Assembly: GCA_002633005.1 (NCBI GenBank)
Contig: NMRA01000467.1
Coordinates: forward strand, 255,081 to 319,080
Direction: 5' to 3'
DNA from: Phoronis australis
Lineage: Eukaryota; Animalia; Phoronida
DNA length: 64,000 nucleotides
A program made the position numbers and the translations under genes. The notes under the pieces are model-generated. The model was given only the letters and a program-made list of their open reading frames with translations, did no database searches and had not been told where the DNA came from. This document shows positions 45,601 through 58,820 of the stretch, one piece after another. Each line of letters begins with the position of its first letter. The first letter of the stretch is position 1.

Positions 45601-48600
45601 TTGAAATTGTTACTTTCGACCAGAGCAAAAGCACGAAACCCGCCGTTTTCTTTTTTTCAAATCGCCTATTTCCCCGACGTTTTGCAGACGTTGGCTGAAA
45701 TCATGGCCGGTGACGTTCTCAGTTACACATTTAAAGTATTCTGCCTTAATTAAGAGGGATTTAGGTCTGCTAGCGAAGCATTAGACTGAGACTACAGGGG
45801 TTCCACGTTCGTGTACGCGTGTAGGCTGGCCTGGGGAAACTACTTGTCACGCAGGTTAGGTTCCTTTAAAGCTTCAAAGAAACGTTTGTGTTCTGTCCAA
45901 GAAAAACGAAGACAACGCTGGCTCAGTAGTAGCATTAGACAAAATATTTATCGTTCGTCCAACTACCTTCCTGTATCTCGCAACTCGAAAAATATTCATT
46001 GAAATACAAAGTTGTCTTTTTGTGTCAACGACACTTAACGAGACGGACTTGGAATCCTTAACGCTGCATTTCGCCTTGTTTAGCTGGCTAAAAACGAAAA
46101 TAGAGTGAAGCCTTTTACTTTCTTGATATTTCTTACTGTAATATGATTCTATTTCCTCTTTTTTGAGACACAAGCAATGCGTATATGTGCCATTTTATAA
46201 CTTACAATTTTACTGCTGGCTACCCGAATTAACTGTGAACATGGGCGGCGCACCATAGGGGGCTGGGGGCTATAACCCCCACTTTTTTGAGTGCTACTCC
46301 GCACATGGTCTATTGGCATTAAACCGCGGGGGCTGACGGGGGCTTTAGCCTCTCACTATTTTCAGTGCTGCGCCGCCCATGGGGAAGCTTTTGTTTAGTC
46401 ACTGATGGTTGTCAGTGACGGAAATGAAAATTAATTCTATTACTGACCGATTTTGTGACAATTAAAGAACTAATTCGATTTTCGTTTGTAGCCAGCTTAA
46501 TGTGGATATGGGGCTTTAAATCGTACGTATTTGTATTGGAAAATAAAGTGAACTACGTATATTTGGCTAAAGTCAGAGCCCATGAAAATTCTATTTTAGA
46601 CATGATACAGTGGGAACGCGTAATTTTATATCAATCTGTCATACATATACGTCAACAAAATTGCTGTTTAGAAAATGTGCATTGTTTAACAAAACAACTG
46701 TTGATATCAACTCTTGATTCTGGCGAAGTATTCGGGATTAAAAAAATAACATTGTAGGGTGACACCGAAAACTTGCGTTATAAATATGTTACAAACGTAA
46801 CAGTGTTTGGTGGTGTTGACACTAATTGTGGCCGTAAAGGAAACATTGACAATACTGAGAAATGAGAGTATATCGAGAGTGAAATGATAATGAACACGGT
46901 GATAGACGAGTGATGATAATGAACACAGCAAATCAGAGAGACTGGCAGAGTTCTTTTTGATTTCGTGATTCTTTGCGTATCATTTAGTGTTTTTGTTCAC
47001 TTTCAAACTTAAAATTGATGACCACAGTGATGGTGACAATAATGATTATGGTCATGACGGTAACGGAGGTGATGATGATTGTGATGATGGTGATAATGAT
47101 GATGGTGATGATGATGACGATGATGATGATGGTGACGATGATAATGTTGATTGTGATGATGATGGTGGTGATGATGATGATAATGATAATGATGGTGATG
47201 ATGATGATAATGATGATGGTGANNNNNNNNNNNNNNNNNNNNNNNNNNNNNNNNNNNNNNNNNNNNNNNNNNNNNNNNNNNNNNNNNNNNNNNNNNNNNN
47301 NNNNNNNNNNNNNNNNNNNNNNNNNNNNNNNNNNNNNNNNNNNNNNNNNNNNNNNNNNNNNNNNNNNNNNNNNNNNNNNNNNNNNNNNNNNNNNNNNNNN
47401 NNNNNNNNNNNNNNNNNNNNNNNNNNNNNNNNNNNNNNNNNNNNNNNNNNNNNNNNNNNNNNNNNNNNNNNNNNNNNNNNNNNNNNNNNNNNNNNNNNNN
47501 NNNNNNNNNNNNNNNNNNNNNNNNNNNNNNNNNNNNNNNNNNNNNNNNNNNNNNNNNNNNNNNNNNGATGATGATGATGATGATGATGATGGTGCTGGTG
47601 ATGATGGTGATCATGATGATGACGATGATGATGATGACGATGATGATCATAGTAATGGTGGTGATGGTGATCATGTTGATGATTGTTTTGTTGATGATGG
47701 TGATGATGGAACTAATCGTGATGATGGTGAGGATGATGGCTGTGATGAGGATAGTTATGATGAAGGCCATGATTGTGATAATGATGGAAGTTGATGATGT
47801 GATAATTATCACGATAATAATGATAACGACAACGAAGGTGATGATGGTGTGTTGATGCTAATGATGACTATGACAATGATGGTGATGAAGATGGTGGTGT
47901 TTGTGATGATGATGATGATGAATACGATGATGACGATAGTGATGATGTTGGTGATGACGATCATGACGATGACGAAGGGGATGGAGTTGATAGTGATGAT
48001 GACGAAGATTATAATGAAGGTGATGGTGTTGATGATGATGATGATGATGATGACGAGGACGATGATGAAGGTGATGATGGTATTGTGTGATGTGATGATA
48101 GTGATTTATGATGATGATGATGATGATAATGATAACAATAACGGGGATGACGAGTATGATATTGACGATTATCACGATGATAATCACGAAAATTGCCATG
48201 ATGATGGTGATTGTAGTGACGATGACTATGGCAAGGTGTTGGTGGTAATAAGCGTGCATACTTAAAGGTACGCGTGGTTTACAATTTGATTGGAGATTTT
48301 AAGAAATGGTAAACAAAAAGATGAATGGAACAAGTGATCAAGCATTTTGCAGGCCTTCTCAGGGTTATTTGTTTTTGATGCAATCTCCCCAATACTTTAC
48401 TGTACGAGCACTCACTGCGAAAATGAGATGACTGCTTTCTTAATTATTATCGTGTCACTTGTTGAGAACTGAAAAATGTCGACACACTGCATGGATGCAC
48501 TCCGCACAAGATGGGTTTTGTGACTCATATAAGATAACAGGGCGTGAAGTAAAACAACAGAACAATTCAAAGTATTTTTTCGTTTTATTCCTTGACTATT

Positions 48601-51600
48601 CGTTTAGTACGACAAAACTTCGAAAGCAAGACCCTCGTAATGCACCGCTAAACAAGTGAATTTCTGTGGGCTTTGAATAATCGTTTTACAGTCTCTCCGA
48701 ATGAGATAACTACCTCATTGGTCTCCGTTCGGATCGTGAAGCTGTACGTGTTCTGTGTATTTGTGATACATTTTCTGGTCCGGGGTTTAATCTTTGTACT
48801 CGAACTTGAGCTCGAATTTAGTTTTGATATTTTCTATTCAACTTTTGGTACCTAATGGTAAGTGTTATTTTTGAGTACTTTGTGATGTGCGAGATTGATT
48901 GTCAAACCCTAATTTCGTGACCAAAGCATTAAAGCTAAGGTAGATTCTGAGCTCGAAATCTTGAAATTTTACTCCAATTTATTGCACACGTTAAGGAGGT
49001 TATCATGTGCGAAGTTGTACTAGACACCCATCTGCGTGAACTATACTCAGAATAGACAGTCCTCTCCGAGTGCGTATAAAAGCAGAAGGGGAAACGTCAA
49101 AAATGAAAGCGCTCTGAAGTGCAGCACTCAGTGAAAAAATTAAGAGTTTAAAGGTGAGGTTGACGACGAAACGAGGAACATAAAAAATTACGACCCCATT
49201 GCTTATTACTCTTACGTATTAGACAGCTCGTAAGGAATCTATTTACATACCAAAATTGAAAGGTTTGGTCAAAGGACCGTGGAGCTAGAACTCCGCAAAC
49301 TAATTCGAAAAATGGCCGTAACGGCGCCATCTTGCGTCTGATTTCGCCCAAGTACAATAGCTCCCGGGCTTTTGACTAAGTAAACACTACGTAAATTTCA
49401 TGTCGATCAGACGAAAAATACGATATAATTAGGATAGGCTAACAAAGTGCAGCTACAATCACTAACTAATCAACAAAGAGCAGCAAATCTCGAATATCGC
49501 GAGAACGGTAAGTCGTAGCAAGAAACGGGCTTCACTGGGCTGATAGCGTTGGAAAAGATCTATCATTGTACCAAATTTCCGACACATACGTCAAGGGACG
49601 CCGAAGTTACGGCAAAAAAATCATTTATTTGGACAACAGTCCTCGGAAAATCTTGAATAACTCGAGAACGGTAAAAACTAGAAAAAAACAAATCGGCAAT
49701 GCAATAGCTCTTGGAAGAATGATCTATCCCCAGAAAGTAAAATCAGAAAAATCCGTTCAGAAAAAATGGAAGCCATAACTCCATCTTGTATTGATTTCAA
49801 CAAAAAACAATAGGCTTCAAACCATTCACTAAGAACATGTTGAGTGGAAATTTCACGTTGATCGGATAAGAATTGTGATATGTAGCGTGCGAACAAAGGA
49901 ATAAACACAAAACTTTTTAAAAAGCAACATACTTGGAGAAATTTCATTTCACAAAGTAATAATTTCGTGTTAGTTTTCAAGTAGGTTTACAAAGATTATC
50001 CCTAGAGTTTTGCAAACGAACAAGTATCGAACTTCCCCCATCCATTCTTGGTCAAAATGATCCCAAGAACAGTGCACTTGACCACTAGATCAGCAAACCT
50101 AATCTCATACAAGATTAGATAATACGAATAAGCGATCCACTTACTATTACATCTGAAACAGATAATCAAAAATATCCTAGCGAATTTGAAATGTGATACG
50201 ATATAAAATTGGGTGCGTAATATTTTTATCATCGCATGACAAGCCATTTAGTAAATTTGCTTCTCACGCGACACAAAATCTCTTTATCACTGTAAACTCT
50301 ATGATACCGTAATTTTCGCCCTTATTAATTTCATAAGCTTTGCGATTAATGTTACATCACAAATCTTATTGACTAATACATGTTTTAGCAACAATATGCG
50401 ACTTTTGTAACCGATTTATCTTAACAAAAGACACTATCGCTGGCAATGTTTTGTAGAATAAGCATAACTTCAAATTTTGAATAATTTGCTATCAGGATGA
50501 TCCAACTTCGCCATATCTAAAACATTTTCCTTGGAGTCTTTTTGATACAGGAGAGTATACATAAACACAATTATAATTATGTTCATAAGTTGTTGTCTGT
50601 GACATGCGCGAGCAAATCTTGAAAGTTTATCACTTGAACCAAACATTTAAGGAATCCCTTTCTTTGTTCACAGCAGTAAAAATGTGAAAAAATAATCGTA
50701 AAATATTCTCGAAAGCATGTCGTAAAAAGAGTCTGACTCACTTGAAAGAATCTAAAACACAATAAGTTTAGAATCTACATGAAAACTCAGCAGAACGTAA
50801 ATGCACCCGCTTCAAAGCATGATACCCAATTATTTTCATTGTAACGCTCATAAAAATTAAAGTATTTATCGGTAATTCTTGCAACAGTAACAGAATACAA
50901 ACAGCAGCTTCGTGTCTGTTCATGTATTTGCTTTATTTACACGTTCAAATATTTGGAATTGAAAAATGGTGTAGTGTGTTTATTGTGTAGGAATTTTGCA
51001 TGGGAGATGGAACTTTACTCACTCCAGACGTTATCCAAATTCATGCTGCTAGGCACGAATACAGGAACATCAACACGATTAGTAGTTAAAGGGCCCTGGA
51101 CTTAGAATTCAGTGGTTTAAAAAATAAGTGGTATTCATTACGCTTTAACTTGCCCATAAAACGCGAAACACGCTAATTAATCTGAAAACAATCACCAAAT
51201 TTAAAAAGAAAACATGAAAGTAAAGGTAAAATGGGAATATTTGAGCTTAACAATAATTTATAAAAGCTCTGCCGGGGGGAATTTGGGGTTATGAAATTGC
51301 TTACTGACAGGTGTACGAATAATTCATACAGCAATTTTCAAAAATAGATCATGAATTCACTGCATTCATGGCGACATGGACTGGGAATTTGGTGATATTA
51401 GAACATTGAACTTTGTTCTTTTTCAGTACCTCTTAGATTACGAATAATATCTGAAACCATGGAATGCATTGCCACTAAAGCTGATGAAACGATTCTTGCA
51501 ATCATAGCATTGGTTTCAAAAACGTTATTTAGATATATTCTATGAATGAATTGATGCGGGCAATTTTTGGAAAGGTTGTTCAACTTCATTTTTGGCCTTT

Positions 51601-53111
51601 TTGTCTGGTATCCGTTCTGAATGACGACGCCAATACTGTCGTGTGATGGTTGAGAAACTGTAGGAAAGGTTTTCGAAAATCACCACACTTCTAAAAGTTA
51701 ACTCGAGCGAATGAGGCTGTAATCGTGACCTGAAGCGCCATCTAATGTACAACTAGATAGTCCTTTAAGGAACGTGCGATCCTTTTGTAGAGCACACAAT
51801 ATATTTTAACTAGAACATTTGAATTGTCATGTTTGAAAGTCGGCGTAAGCAAAATTAATTCGTATGCCATGTAGCAAATAATTTCTAGTAAACGTGTGCG
51901 TATTTGCGTGTAGTAGTAGGTAGCTACTCCCTTGAGGCCATGAAAAACCACAGCACAGTTGGTTTTAGAATAATTCAAAGGAAAGTGAAGCCTATAAACC
52001 CACGCAACTGTATTACACACATCTGCGCAAGCCAATGAATGCCAAACATTAAGTGAAGGAGATGTGCCAAATCTCTCTCACGAGAAATCCTTTTTACGTG
52101 GATAACCAAATTTACCACTCATTTTCTGTCGCTGCCAATATTTTCATGCCCTATCGTATTTGAAAGCAAGCGTTTTATTAGGCAATACTGACAACTTTGA
52201 TTCAATTTATTGCACCGAATTTTAATTGCTATAATGTGTATCAGTGTTCTGCATTTTCCGGCTTACACACATCACGTGCGAGCTGAGAAGACTTGTCTAA
52301 ACTGTCAAACATGAATTCAGGGTGAAGGGCGATTAAAATCAAGTGAGCTCACTTGCAGTTGAATAACAACACCATATCACACTTTCAAAATACAAGATGC
52401 GCAAATTTACCAAAATACGTAAACAAATATAAAGAAACTGGGATTAGTTCCAACATCAATCAGTGTTCAGAAAGTTGGGTTGGTTCAATACATATATTGT
52501 AAGTTGATAATTCCTTGGTAAGTCAACTGGTATGGTTTCCCTATATTTATAAATATGTCTAAGGTGTCAAAATATTATACAAAAATTAGCATGTGCTTAA
52601 ACAATGACACCTGGTTGTGACGCCATAAATTACTTTTGCCATCACACTTAGTAGTTAGCCTAATTTGGGATAAAGTCTCACGAATCATTCTTAAGCAGAA
52701 GTTTTCTTCCACACTTTTGGACTTGTCTGAACAGTCTGGTCGTCCGTTGTGCAAGCAAAAACTGCGTAAGAACACGTAGAGCCACGTTGTGACTAACCTA
52801 CGCATTAATGTTGTGATTGCGTTTTGACGGGTTACCGCATTTAATTACCTTCAAATTATATTTGTTGCTATTTGTTGTGATCCAATTTTGATATTTCTGT
52901 TATTCATAAACTTTCCAAAATTGTAAGCATTAAGTGATATTTTCAGTGCACCAATTCGTGCCTTACAAGAGGTTAAACTCGTTATAAACATGATTTTGCG
53001 TCAAGTAAAATAACGATCCGAAAAGTTGAAACTACTCACTCTCTGTCCACTAATCACCGGAATGGTGTTCCAAGTTCGACGCACGTTAAAGAGTTGAATT
53101 CGCCCAGCCAT
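36262..53111 (-). CDS. Gene copy B: 7-exon DAO/DadA-superfamily FAD-dependent oxidoreductase with predicted mitochondrial presequence (622 aa)
   Basis: join(complement 53040-53111, 45272-45466, 44438-44654, 42952-43671, 42637-42734, 41229-41424, 36262-36632) = 1869 nt open frame, with the same splice sites and phases as copy A. Confidence 0.88.
36866..39465 (-). mobile_element. 5'-truncated, heavily frameshifted L1/Tx1-clade LINE ORF2 in copy B intron 6
   Basis: GEKPFKYFLHLENR, NNKSPGSRGF, LLIDFEKAFDSLSW, GCRQGDPLSPYLF, LQYADDT, SGLQVNVDKT, PLWFNS, FQFRILHRIITTN...CSFC...ETLSH.FWEC. Confidence 0.9.
40528..41258. repeat. About 360-bp direct duplication separated by a single N (probable assembly or haplotype overlap)
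   Basis: 40528-40899 versus 40901-41258 with an N at 40900. They differ by a 14-bp indel and a few substitutions. Confidence 0.85.
41229..41424 (-). CDS. Copy B exon 6: LFGSKNATDHIITAPGVSGYILLKGRIPTLECHISHITPIAYSEKDDVSLVKVTVGGNIASRGVP
   Basis: Acceptor ttccag|CTT and donor CCAG|gtaact. 196 nt. Confidence 0.85.
42637..42734 (-). CDS. Copy B exon 5
   Basis: 98 nt, identical in nucleotide sequence to copy A exon 5. Splice sites aag|GT and AAG|gtatgt. Confidence 0.88.
42952..43671 (-). CDS. Copy B exon 4 (720 nt): ATCINEDYRFRGHSLMEGLFSRRFG...VVGIETLDKK
   Basis: Acceptor ttttag|CT and donor AAGG|gtatgc. Includes track ORF 42941-43627. Confidence 0.92.
44438..44654 (-). CDS. Copy B exon 3 (Rossmann segment)
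   Basis: Acceptor aatag|GCT and donor ATTG|gtaaga. 217 nt. Contains RVLYAGGPGPMVGA. Confidence 0.9.
45272..45466 (-). CDS. Copy B exon 2: VRFLSANLPGADAEK...HEPPKRK
   Basis: Splice sites ttgtag|GTC and AAG|gtttgt. 195 nt. Confidence 0.88.
46240..46381. mobile_element. Short MITE with 13-bp perfect TIRs
   Basis: catgggcggcgca (46240-46252) / tgcgccgcccatg (46369-46381). No clear TSD. Confidence 0.6.
47015..48250. repeat. (GAT)n-rich degenerate trinucleotide tract with an assembly gap (N 47223-47567) in copy B intron 1
   Basis: Direct reading. It is the source of the poly-D/M/H/I ORFs in the track. Confidence 0.92.
53040..53111 (-). CDS. Copy B exon 1: MAGRIQLFNVRRTWNTIPVISGQR
   Basis: AAAATGG start and AGA|gtgagt donor. 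72 nt, with two substitutions versus copy A. Confidence 0.82.
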
Positions 53112-53159
53112 TTTAAACCAAATATTTCTCTTTCAGTATAAAATGGTATTAGCGCGAGC

Positions 53160-53166
53160 ATTTATA
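53160..53166 (-). promoter_or_regulatory. Candidate TATA box (TATAAAT) of copy B
   Basis: Same spacing to the ATG as in copy A. Confidence 0.55.
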
Positions 53167-53946
53167 GTGTCGGTGGATTAATTTTTGAAAAAGGTCAAAC
53201 TATCTGCTGGAAGGCAAATGGAAAGCGTGCTGATTGCACAACTCAGTAATAGCTCTCGAACATTCCTTACTACGCAGTAAAGTTCACATTGTGTCTGTCG
53301 GCAATTGTTGCGCAGCAAAAGTAGTCCTCTGGGGTAGTTCAGTTTTGCATGTGCGCGAGTGTGATAGTAGACAAATTAATTGATATAATGCTAGGTTAAC
53401 ATTTCCATTCAAATGCACATTGCATTTTTGCGAGTTTGAAGCCCAGTTTCTATCATTTTATTGGTAGCGCGTGGCCACTGAGAAGTTTTTAAGAAGGGGA
53501 GGTCAAACACAAAACTGTTACCGGGGTGAAATAAATGGAGAACGGCGTCCCCCCTTTTCAATGAAGAGAGAGAAAACGCAAAATTGAACGTGCTGTCAAC
53601 CGAGATGCATTGAACGCAGGGGCTATGACGCCCTTGCCCCCCTTTGACTACGCAAATGTTCCTGTCCCTTCCTCTAGACATTGATAATTATCGTGGGATG
53701 TTTTGGCGGAGACTTATAATGTAAACTTCGTCATCATTGTCACTGAAAGAACGCCTTTCTTTTGAATAACTTTTTGCAAAGCATTGCTTATGTGCGAGTC
53801 CAATAATCTATTGAGGCGATTTTAAGAAGTGAACATAATCAAACTGAGATTAATCATCTAGATGTTTAAATGATTTTATTTACACGGTGCTGTTAGGAAA
53901 AGAAATTGACAAAACTAGAGGCCATCATTAATGTGTGTCACTAGCC

Positions 53947-54128
53947 GACAAGAATGGGGCAGTGCGAGTGAAGACAAGATTGGGACAGTGCGAGTGAAGA
54001 CAAGAATGGGACAGTGCGAGTGAAGACAAGAATGGGGCAGTGCGAGTGAAGACAAGAATGGGGCAGTGCGAGTGAAGACAAGAATGGGGCAGTGCGAGTG
54101 AAGACAAGAATGGGGCAGTGCGAGTCAA
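53947..54128. repeat. 26-bp minisatellite x7
   Basis: Unit gacaagaatggggcagtgcgagtgaa. Confidence 0.92.
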
Positions 54129-57100
54129 GACCTTTTGGATGAGTATTGTGTGATTAGTGGATCAAACAATTCCGTCATTGAAATATTCCGACGATCAGTG
54201 TGAAGACGAAGATCACACATCCTATCGACGGAGTTCGACTCATACGCTATCGAGGAACTCAAATCTACAGTCAACCGCTCGTCACTATCTGTCGATTCCA
54301 TTGTTTGTATCTGGTGACGTAAATGGAGATCACGCGACAAATTTCCTGCGCATTTTAGAATCTGATGACAGTAGCATAAATAAACTTATTGGTGAACGCC
54401 TACTCCAAAATTAAACTTCAACCTCAAGTTCTGTGACGTCAATAAATTGACATCAATGAGCGTGCAAGCAGTACTTTCAATTTCTCAATTACCGTCACTG
54501 GAAATTTTGCGAATTGGTTAACATAATATCTCTAAAAATGGCTGCTTAGATTCACACACACTGATATACTGTATGACCCTTTCAAATACTAAATAGATAT
54601 GATTTATGCGCTGTTCTCCAATAAGCTATTAGGAATAGTTTTTAAATTGTTGCACTTTTCTATGAGTTGTTATGAAAACAAATCAAAATATCAATGAAGA
54701 AAACGATAATGGTAATTTAGAAAACTGAACCAGGTTTGGAGTCTTCATCTTCAACAAATAAATTCGGCCAGCTCATTGATAACGTTGTTTTGCTGTGTAC
54801 CTTTGTGTTTATGTATATTTTACCAAAAACATGGTCACGTGACTCAATTAACGACATCTTAATAAAAGGTCGAAAATCAAACTTTGCAAGCTTCATACTT
54901 TCAAAAATGTGTACTTTACTTGCTAATTTATAATCTTTAGCTTTGTAGATATCCGTTTTAATACACAGTCTTGTCGATAAGGCCCTACATAATCTTAATA
55001 GTTTTTAAATTGACATAGAAAGCCACCTGAAATTTGCCCGATGGAAAATATTCTTACATGTCCCAGGAAAACCTTTCAAATGGACATGCATCGTTTTGTA
55101 ATTGCAAAGTTTTCTACTGCGAGTCTGAGGGTCGTTGATAGTAAGCTCGCCATAATGAAACAGGTACAAAGTTACGCGCTGTCAGGCATTACGACTATTG
55201 ATTACATTGAACTTGCTCTCTACAAAACGATTTACGTTGATGAACATTCAGTTTATGACTTATTACTTAAATGGATTGCCAGTAGTCAAAACTACCAAAA
55301 TGGACTTGAAATACACATGAATTAATGCACTTTTGCCTAAAAATTTAGAAAGTGTATGAATAACAAAAATAACAAATTTTGCTCCCAACAAACATAATTG
55401 TTAGATGTTGGAAAAATGCGACATTTCCTAACCACAATGCATTAGTCTGCCGTAAGGTAGGTCTATGTGCTTGTGCAGCATTATTTTTGCTTGCACAACG
55501 TGCGACAAGACCGTTTAGGGTGGGCCAAAAGACGAAATACTTTAGAATGTTTTGACGTAATTACACAAAAACAGAAAAAGTGCATATGCAAGAAGTAGCT
55601 GCCTGCGCCAATGAATTAAGCTTAGATCCATACAGCCATATGCAAAACACTTGAAGAAAAATTCTTTGAAAGAAAACGTCACCGCTTGCATTTACACATA
55701 GGGCCAAATGGACGCACACCGGATAAAGATGAGAAAAATTGCAATTGTTCGTCGGATGATTATAGGAGGTAATAAATGTCCGTCCTTGCTGTAAATTTTT
55801 AAAGAAGCCTAAGCATCAAGTAATTTACAAAATGTTGGCAGTGCATTATTAGTGCATGAAGTCTCGAATTTTTGGTGTAGGGCACTAAAAAGATGCACTA
55901 ACTTAAGAAGACCATGTCTCATAAAGGACGGTTGGTATTCAAACGAAACTTTCAGTTACAGCGTTTTATATACTGATCTCTGAGACGTTGTTAACAAAAC
56001 TCTTGCAATTATTCTACTCGTGCTTGAAGGTATATCGACTATTAGAAATTGTATGATTTTCTTGAAATTCATTGCGTTGTAACTTTCTCGAATTACACAG
56101 ATTTATCGATATCCTCAAAGCGTTATCTGTACCTATATAATTACGTTATCAGCAGTTTCCATGTATTCTAGTGAAAGTCGAAAAACAGTGACAAAATTCA
56201 CTGTACGATAAAATGTTCGTATACTGGTGAAAAACAAATCTTGTATTTTGATAAATTACAAGTGTTCCCAACTTTATATTTGTAAATGTTTATTTTTACT
56301 TAAATCATTGTTTTTTCAAAAACAAATAAGGCTTAATACTACTACCCAAGCTTTGTCTATGCCTTCACTGTTTTCCCGAAATTCTTGGCACGCGGAATGC
56401 AAGTTAAAAATTGTTATCCAGTCTATTGAAATCGATTGCATTAAGCTGCTAGATCCAACAACATGCGGCCAGGAGTACCAGCAAACCACGACAGTTACAA
56501 AGAAAAACACCAGCTTAGGAGTTTTTCATTATTTAAGATGAATCATGAGAGGGAATTAGTATGTTTGCACTTGGATTCTGAAACATTCTAACACTCAGTG
56601 GCTTGTATAGGGTCTAATTTTTGCAAGGTGCTTCGGGACTAAACAACAAAGTGAATAAACAACATTTTTTTAAAGCAACACCCAGACGAAGCAGACTTTC
56701 CAAGGTTATCATGTCATCACATGCTATAGTGACCTAGTCACTTAACTTGAAGTTTGCATCCCTTCCAGGAAAGGAAGTGAAATTTAAAACAAGACCAGCC
56801 AAAATTCCAAGAACACATGCTCGTTACGTAAACAAAATAGACTTTCAGTCTGGATTGATAACATTTACGTCTATTCGCATCTCCTACAAGCTGTTTTGGT
56901 TTCATTTTCAAAAGCGTTTTGCCTAGAACAGAAAATAAATTATACTGTGTCCTTTTTTGTTTCTAATGATTTTAAAGCTCCCAAAATTTAGCGAATGAAA
57001 ATTGGTCACGTTCTTAGCTAATTTCGTTGCTTTCCAACGAATGTATATTTGTTTTTATGGGAAATTTTGCTAAAATACATTGTTACGTGATCTAAGGACA

Positions 57101-57189
57101 GATTGGTAAAAAGTCAAAATTCAAATTCTTCGAGAATTCTGCTTTTAAAAAATATACCTGGCTATCTGGCTAAATACACACACTTGTGA

Positions 57190-57325
57190 ACAATACTCAG
57201 ACGACAATACTCAGACGACAATACTCAGACGACAATACTCAGACGACAATACTCAGACGACAATACTCAGACGACAATACTCAGACGACAATACTCAGAC
57301 GACAATACTCAGACGACAATACTCA
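57190..57325. repeat. 14-bp minisatellite, about 10 copies
   Basis: Unit gacaatactcagac. Confidence 0.92.
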
Positions 57326-58304
57326 CTCAGACGTGCGAGAGAATTCGACTATATATTGTTCGTAATTCCTCTGATAACATGTCGAGTCATTTCTTCTACT
57401 GTGTGCTGAGAATGGTAAATAATGCCAAAACACCAAGGCAGTTAGAAAAAAACGTTTCATGATGTTTTTGAGACCGTTCTCTTGTTTTCTGAAAAGATGG
57501 ATAACTGGTCCTGTTATTTCCAATATGTGCCATATTTTAAAGGGGCAATGAATACGCTGTTAAAAACCAACAGTTGATTGCGAGCGAGACAACTAAGTGA
57601 TAGGAAACCGTACCAAAGATTTTATAGTTAGGCCTACCAAAGGGGATATAGTATCTTTGACTGTACTAATCGTCTATTTTGGGGTTTGTGGATGAATTGC
57701 CAGGTCATTACTGCTTCAGAACAGGCACAAAGAAATTTCAAAAGATATGCACATATATAGTAATCAATTTCAATTCAAACAAAGGATCAGAACGCGGTGA
57801 CGATGATTTGTAATGGAAGAACCAGTTGTAATACACCTTTAGTTTATACCACGGTCCAAGGTCGAACCTCCAAATTTAGAATCGACTCCGACTCAGACTC
57901 GAAACTTTTACTATTCACGTTGAATGGTTCGAGTGGAATTGTTCGTAGCGTTTCTACTTTTGTATGGAGACCCGACGTTTGTGATTTTCATTTTTGATGA
58001 AAGGAGAAGCTAATAATATTCTAGAAAACTGAAAACAGCGTTTTTGAGATGCCTTGTTGAACATTTATATCAAATTAAATTTGGTCATGTTATGGGTACC
58101 ATTGCTTTGCTATTTTGTGCCATTACTAAAAAACATGGTCATGCAACCTATATAAGTCTACAAAGCAAAATTTGCAGGCTTTTCACTTTCGAGAAATATA
58201 CAGTTTTGCAGGGCTAAGTTCTGTAATTTTCTACATATTTTTTGAAAACACCTTTTACATTATTTTCAATTATGCTTAGTGATGGAGACTGTGACATTAA
58301 GGTC

Positions 58305-58820
58305 AAGGTCCTTTTAGCCTTTCATGCCATCCTACGCATTGGCGACTTCACCGTTACATCTCAATCATCCAATCATTCACTCACCCTTCAACGTTCTTCA
58401 ATTCAGTCAAGTTTTTCTCCCTTCTTGGCAAACCCCCATACTTAACCATCACCGTCACTAACTTCAAACACCATGACTCATACCCGGTTGCTCTCCACAA
58501 CCCATTCTCATTCTATTCCCGGTTACTTTCCACTTACCGTAGTCAGTGTCTGCACTCTCCCGTTTCCCACCTGTCTTCATACCTCAGTCTGTTCCACTAT
58601 CAATCAGGCCCACTTTTCCGTCTCCCAGACTCCACTCCAGTCACACGTTTCTTTTTCAATCATACTCTCCGCTCTGTTTTAGTCTCAGCATCACTCGAGC
58701 CTAACCGCTTCGCTTTCGTATCGGTGCAGTGACTTCGGCTGCAGCTAACGGCCTTCCCGAGACGGTTATCTAACGCATGAGACGCTGGAATCTGACGTAG
58801 TCAAATGATACATTAGCATG
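58305..58820 (+). mobile_element. Decayed tyrosine recombinase of a DIRS/Ngaro-type retroelement
   Basis: LLAFHAILRIGDFT (catalytic Arg box) and FRIGAVTSAAANGLPETVI*RMRRW.SDVVK*YI (HSFRIGAAT...GRW.S....YI box) with stops and frameshifts. Confidence 0.8.

Noticed and set aside
46987-48265. Long poly-Asp, poly-Met and poly-His ORFs (also 24977-25234)
   Set aside because: These are translations of a (GAT)n tract spanning an N gap inside intron 1. They are open in several frames and have no splice support.
7387-53111. Interpreting the two gene copies as allelic haplotypes, or as a halogenase or luciferase
   Set aside because: Intron divergence and distinct old TE insertions exceed what alleles would show. 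No flavin-dependent halogenase WxWxIP motif or known luciferase signature is visible.
53947-57325. 26-bp and 14-bp tandem arrays as possible functional arrays
   Set aside because: They are homogeneous minisatellites without spacers or coding context.
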